Source: a virus
DNA: 64,000 nt
Strand: one strand, 5' to 3'
IMG/VR virus record: IMGVR_UViG_3300031949_000005
Location: 1-64,000 of that record
This document shows, piece after piece, positions 61,654 through 64,000 of this stretch; position 1 is the first letter of the stretch; every line of letters starts with the position of its first letter. The position numbers were made by a program, and so were the translations under genes. Below the pieces are notes generated by a model. The model was given only the letters and a program-made list of their open reading frames with translations, did no database searches and was not told where the DNA came from.

Positions 61654-62474
61654 TCTATAACCTCTAATTCTATAATCTTTATTTCGACATGATTCTTATC
61701 TAGGCATATAAGTTTTTTACTATCTGTGCATTTTTCTAAAAATCTTTCTTCATATTCTTGTGCCTTTTCTCTTGTTTTAAAAATACAAGTAGATCTTAAA
61801 GTTTCTATGCCAAAACATTCCGTTGGTCCCCTGGCTATTAATTGATAAAATTTCATTTTATCTTATCCATAACATTTTTCCACTCTTTTTTGGTAATAAT
61901 AACTTTCATAAAAACTGCTTCTGTTTCATCGGCTATGATTAAATCATCAATATGGCATTTAACTTTGATTACAATTTTATTAAAACCAAGTGATTCCTGT
62001 ATGGCCCGATGTCTTTCTGTGTAAACATGAATACCCGACGGATAATATCTATTATAACTTTTGTTTCTTTTTATTCTGCCCTTATAATCAAATAATTCTC
62101 GTTGTCTTGCTTTAATAATACCAGGCCCTTTTATATCATCTGATCTACCATATATAGTATTTAATGTATTTGCAAATTTATAATAAATCTTATATCCCCA
62201 AAATATTTTTTTACGACCCATTCTTTTTTTAAATGCTTCCGTTATTAATCTACTTCCATAACAACACATTCTATATCTCCCACATATTAAGAATACAAGC
62301 TATTAGCTCCGCAAAGTGCTTACGCTTTGATGGATTTTTTATCGCAAGATGAGAAATAGTGATGCAATCGTATGAAGCATCTTTTGACACATCGAACGAA
62401 TCTTCCCATGTTTTATCTACAACAAATGTCGGTTCGTTGTCAAATTCGTGTTGGACCACCCATTTATTTTTCAT
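61650..62474 (-). other. three small hypothetical CDS (61650-61856, 61853-62269, 62271-62474)
   Basis: Tile on minus strand. Confidence 0.55.
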
Positions 62475-62931
62475 TATAAAATTCCTTTAAATCATTATAG
62501 AAGATTATTGCCTTTTTACTTTGTGAATCTATTACTTCATAGTATGGCTCTAGTTTATCTGGAGGTTCAAAGTTATCAAAGAAATTATTTATGGCGTTAT
62601 TTGCGCTTTTTTGATTTTTTATAGTTTGATGGTCTTTCCTTGCAAAACATCTTTCTAAACACAACTGTCTCGTGCCGGGGAATATGACATATATTATACG
62701 ATATTTAAGATATGCTGCTGGTAATGCATATCTACATCTTTGCATTATGTCGAAATTCATTCTATCTACGATGATATTAGAAGCGCCGTTTATTATCGCT
62801 GAGAGAAATATCATATAATGTTCTTTACCATCATTGTCTTGGCTTATACGAGTTAATGTTCCTTTTAATGAATTAACGAATGCTGTTTTCCCAGATCCCG
62901 GCGGACCTATCAATATATAACAATTTTTCAT
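62464..62931 (-). CDS. polynucleotide-kinase-like P-loop protein (AAA_33)
   Basis: IGPPGSGKT, ISQD, IVDRMN....R, CLER...R. Confidence 0.8.
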   Translation of the reverse strand: MKNCYILIGPPGSGKTAFVNSLKGTLTRISQDNDGKEHYMIFLSAIINGASNIIVDRMNFDIMQRCRYALPAAYLKYRIIYVIFPGTRQLCLERCFARKDHQTIKNQKSANNAINNFFDNFEPPDKLEPYYEVIDSQSKKAIIFYNDLKEFYNEK

Positions 62932-62932
62932 A

Positions 62933-63998
62933 TTATCTATTTAACCAATTTAAACAATAATTTAAACCCGCTACCAACCCACAAACCGCACCTATTATGA
63001 TTAGCACCACCGAAGTGGGTTCTTGGTTCAGCGCAATAAATCCGCCTGTAATATCTATAACACTTATGAATGGTAGATAAGAGAATCTTTTTCTGGACAG
63101 AATAGACAACATAAGAAAAGATATTGTCAAGCCTATACAACACGATACAACATATTCCATGATATTTCCTTTCTAAAAATCCCAATTATATCAACTCGGT
63201 AATCAATAATATATCTTTTCTCATAATGACTTCCTGTTTAATATCTTGTTTAGTAACGCCATTTTTAAGTGTTTTAAGTCCGGAACAATATTCGATTCTT
63301 ATAGATTTATCTCCAAAACTTAGAATAGTGCATGGAGAATAAATCGCGTTTTCTGTTCTTACTTCCGCTATAGATCCATTTTTTAGCATTTTATCTATCC
63401 GTTACAATCCAATCTTTGTCATCAAGAGATTTGGGTTTAACTGGTGTCATTTTTATTGACCCCTTATCTTGTTCTACAAGAACCCATCCCTTATTTTTTA
63501 TGTGTTTTACGTAATATAGTTTTCTCCTTTTGTTAGAAGCTGGACGAAGCAATAATGAGTTTTCTTTTGCTATATTCATAGCGCGAGGTAATTCCATTTT
63601 ATATCTCCAATTATATGATTTACCTACGATCCTTAAAGGGGTCGAAACTATCATCATTTTTTGGAATGATTGTTATTAATTGTTCTCGTGGTATTGTAGT
63701 AAAAGAACAATAAAAATCAACTTCCTCTTCGGTCGCTTCTCTTATATCGAATTCGCATTGAGAAACAGCATAATCATAAGCATCTTCTTCTGATTCGGCC
63801 AAGACAATCATATGGTTTTTGTTTTCATCTTTTATGGACCAATATTTCATATTATTCATGACACAAAGCCCTTCCTTTGTATATTAGTTGTTTGGGATTT
63901 TCCCCAGGGGGCCAGTATTTTAGAAAATCTTTTATACTAGAGATATCATAAAATTCTTTATTTATTTCATATTGTGGATCAATTATGCCCTCATAATA
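62933..63998 (-). other. small hypothetical CDS (62933-63160 membrane protein, 63186, 63391, 63620, and a truncated ORF ending at 63852)
   Basis: Tile; last frame is open to the window end. Confidence 0.5.
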
Positions 63999-64000
63999 AG

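Noticed and set aside
647-62024. Plus-strand ORFs in the track
   Set aside because: Nearly all are antisense to well-supported minus-strand genes and none shows a recognisable motif.
1-64000. Stop-codon reassignment
   Set aside because: Conserved genes are full length and tile in the standard code; TAA, TGA and TAG all end genes.
1-64000. tRNA genes or group I introns
   Set aside because: No cloverleaf/T-loop or intron core seen by eye and little non-coding space; tRNAscan/Infernal needed to be certain.

Overview
AT-rich (roughly 30% GC by eye), densely coding segment of a large dsDNA bacteriophage. Essentially all genes are on the minus strand and tile with 0-20 bp gaps in the standard code. 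No structural, rRNA, tRNA or CRISPR features were seen. Left part (0.5-31 kb): glycosyltransferase cluster, replication/recombination genes (C-terminally truncated DnaE, DnaG, DnaB, RecA, PD-(D/E)XK nucleases), nucleotide metabolism (intein-containing class II RNR, dCMP deaminase, ThyX, MazG), ClpP, sigma-like protein, deformylase and a BrxL-like ATPase. Right part (31.3-64 kb): accessory region with RNA-repair enzymes, DNA ligase, a histone-fold candidate, a NARP1-like Prs+Nampt pair and many homing endonucleases. The standout is a complete phage-encoded ubiquitin-like conjugation operon (Ubl, terminator, E2 fused to a long Cys-rich tail, JAB protease, E1; 51.7-54.9 kb). A second stand-alone E2 paralog and a Ycf46-like AAA+/DUF1257/DUF2997 module lie downstream and may belong to the same system. 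All family calls come from motif recognition by eye; no searches were run.
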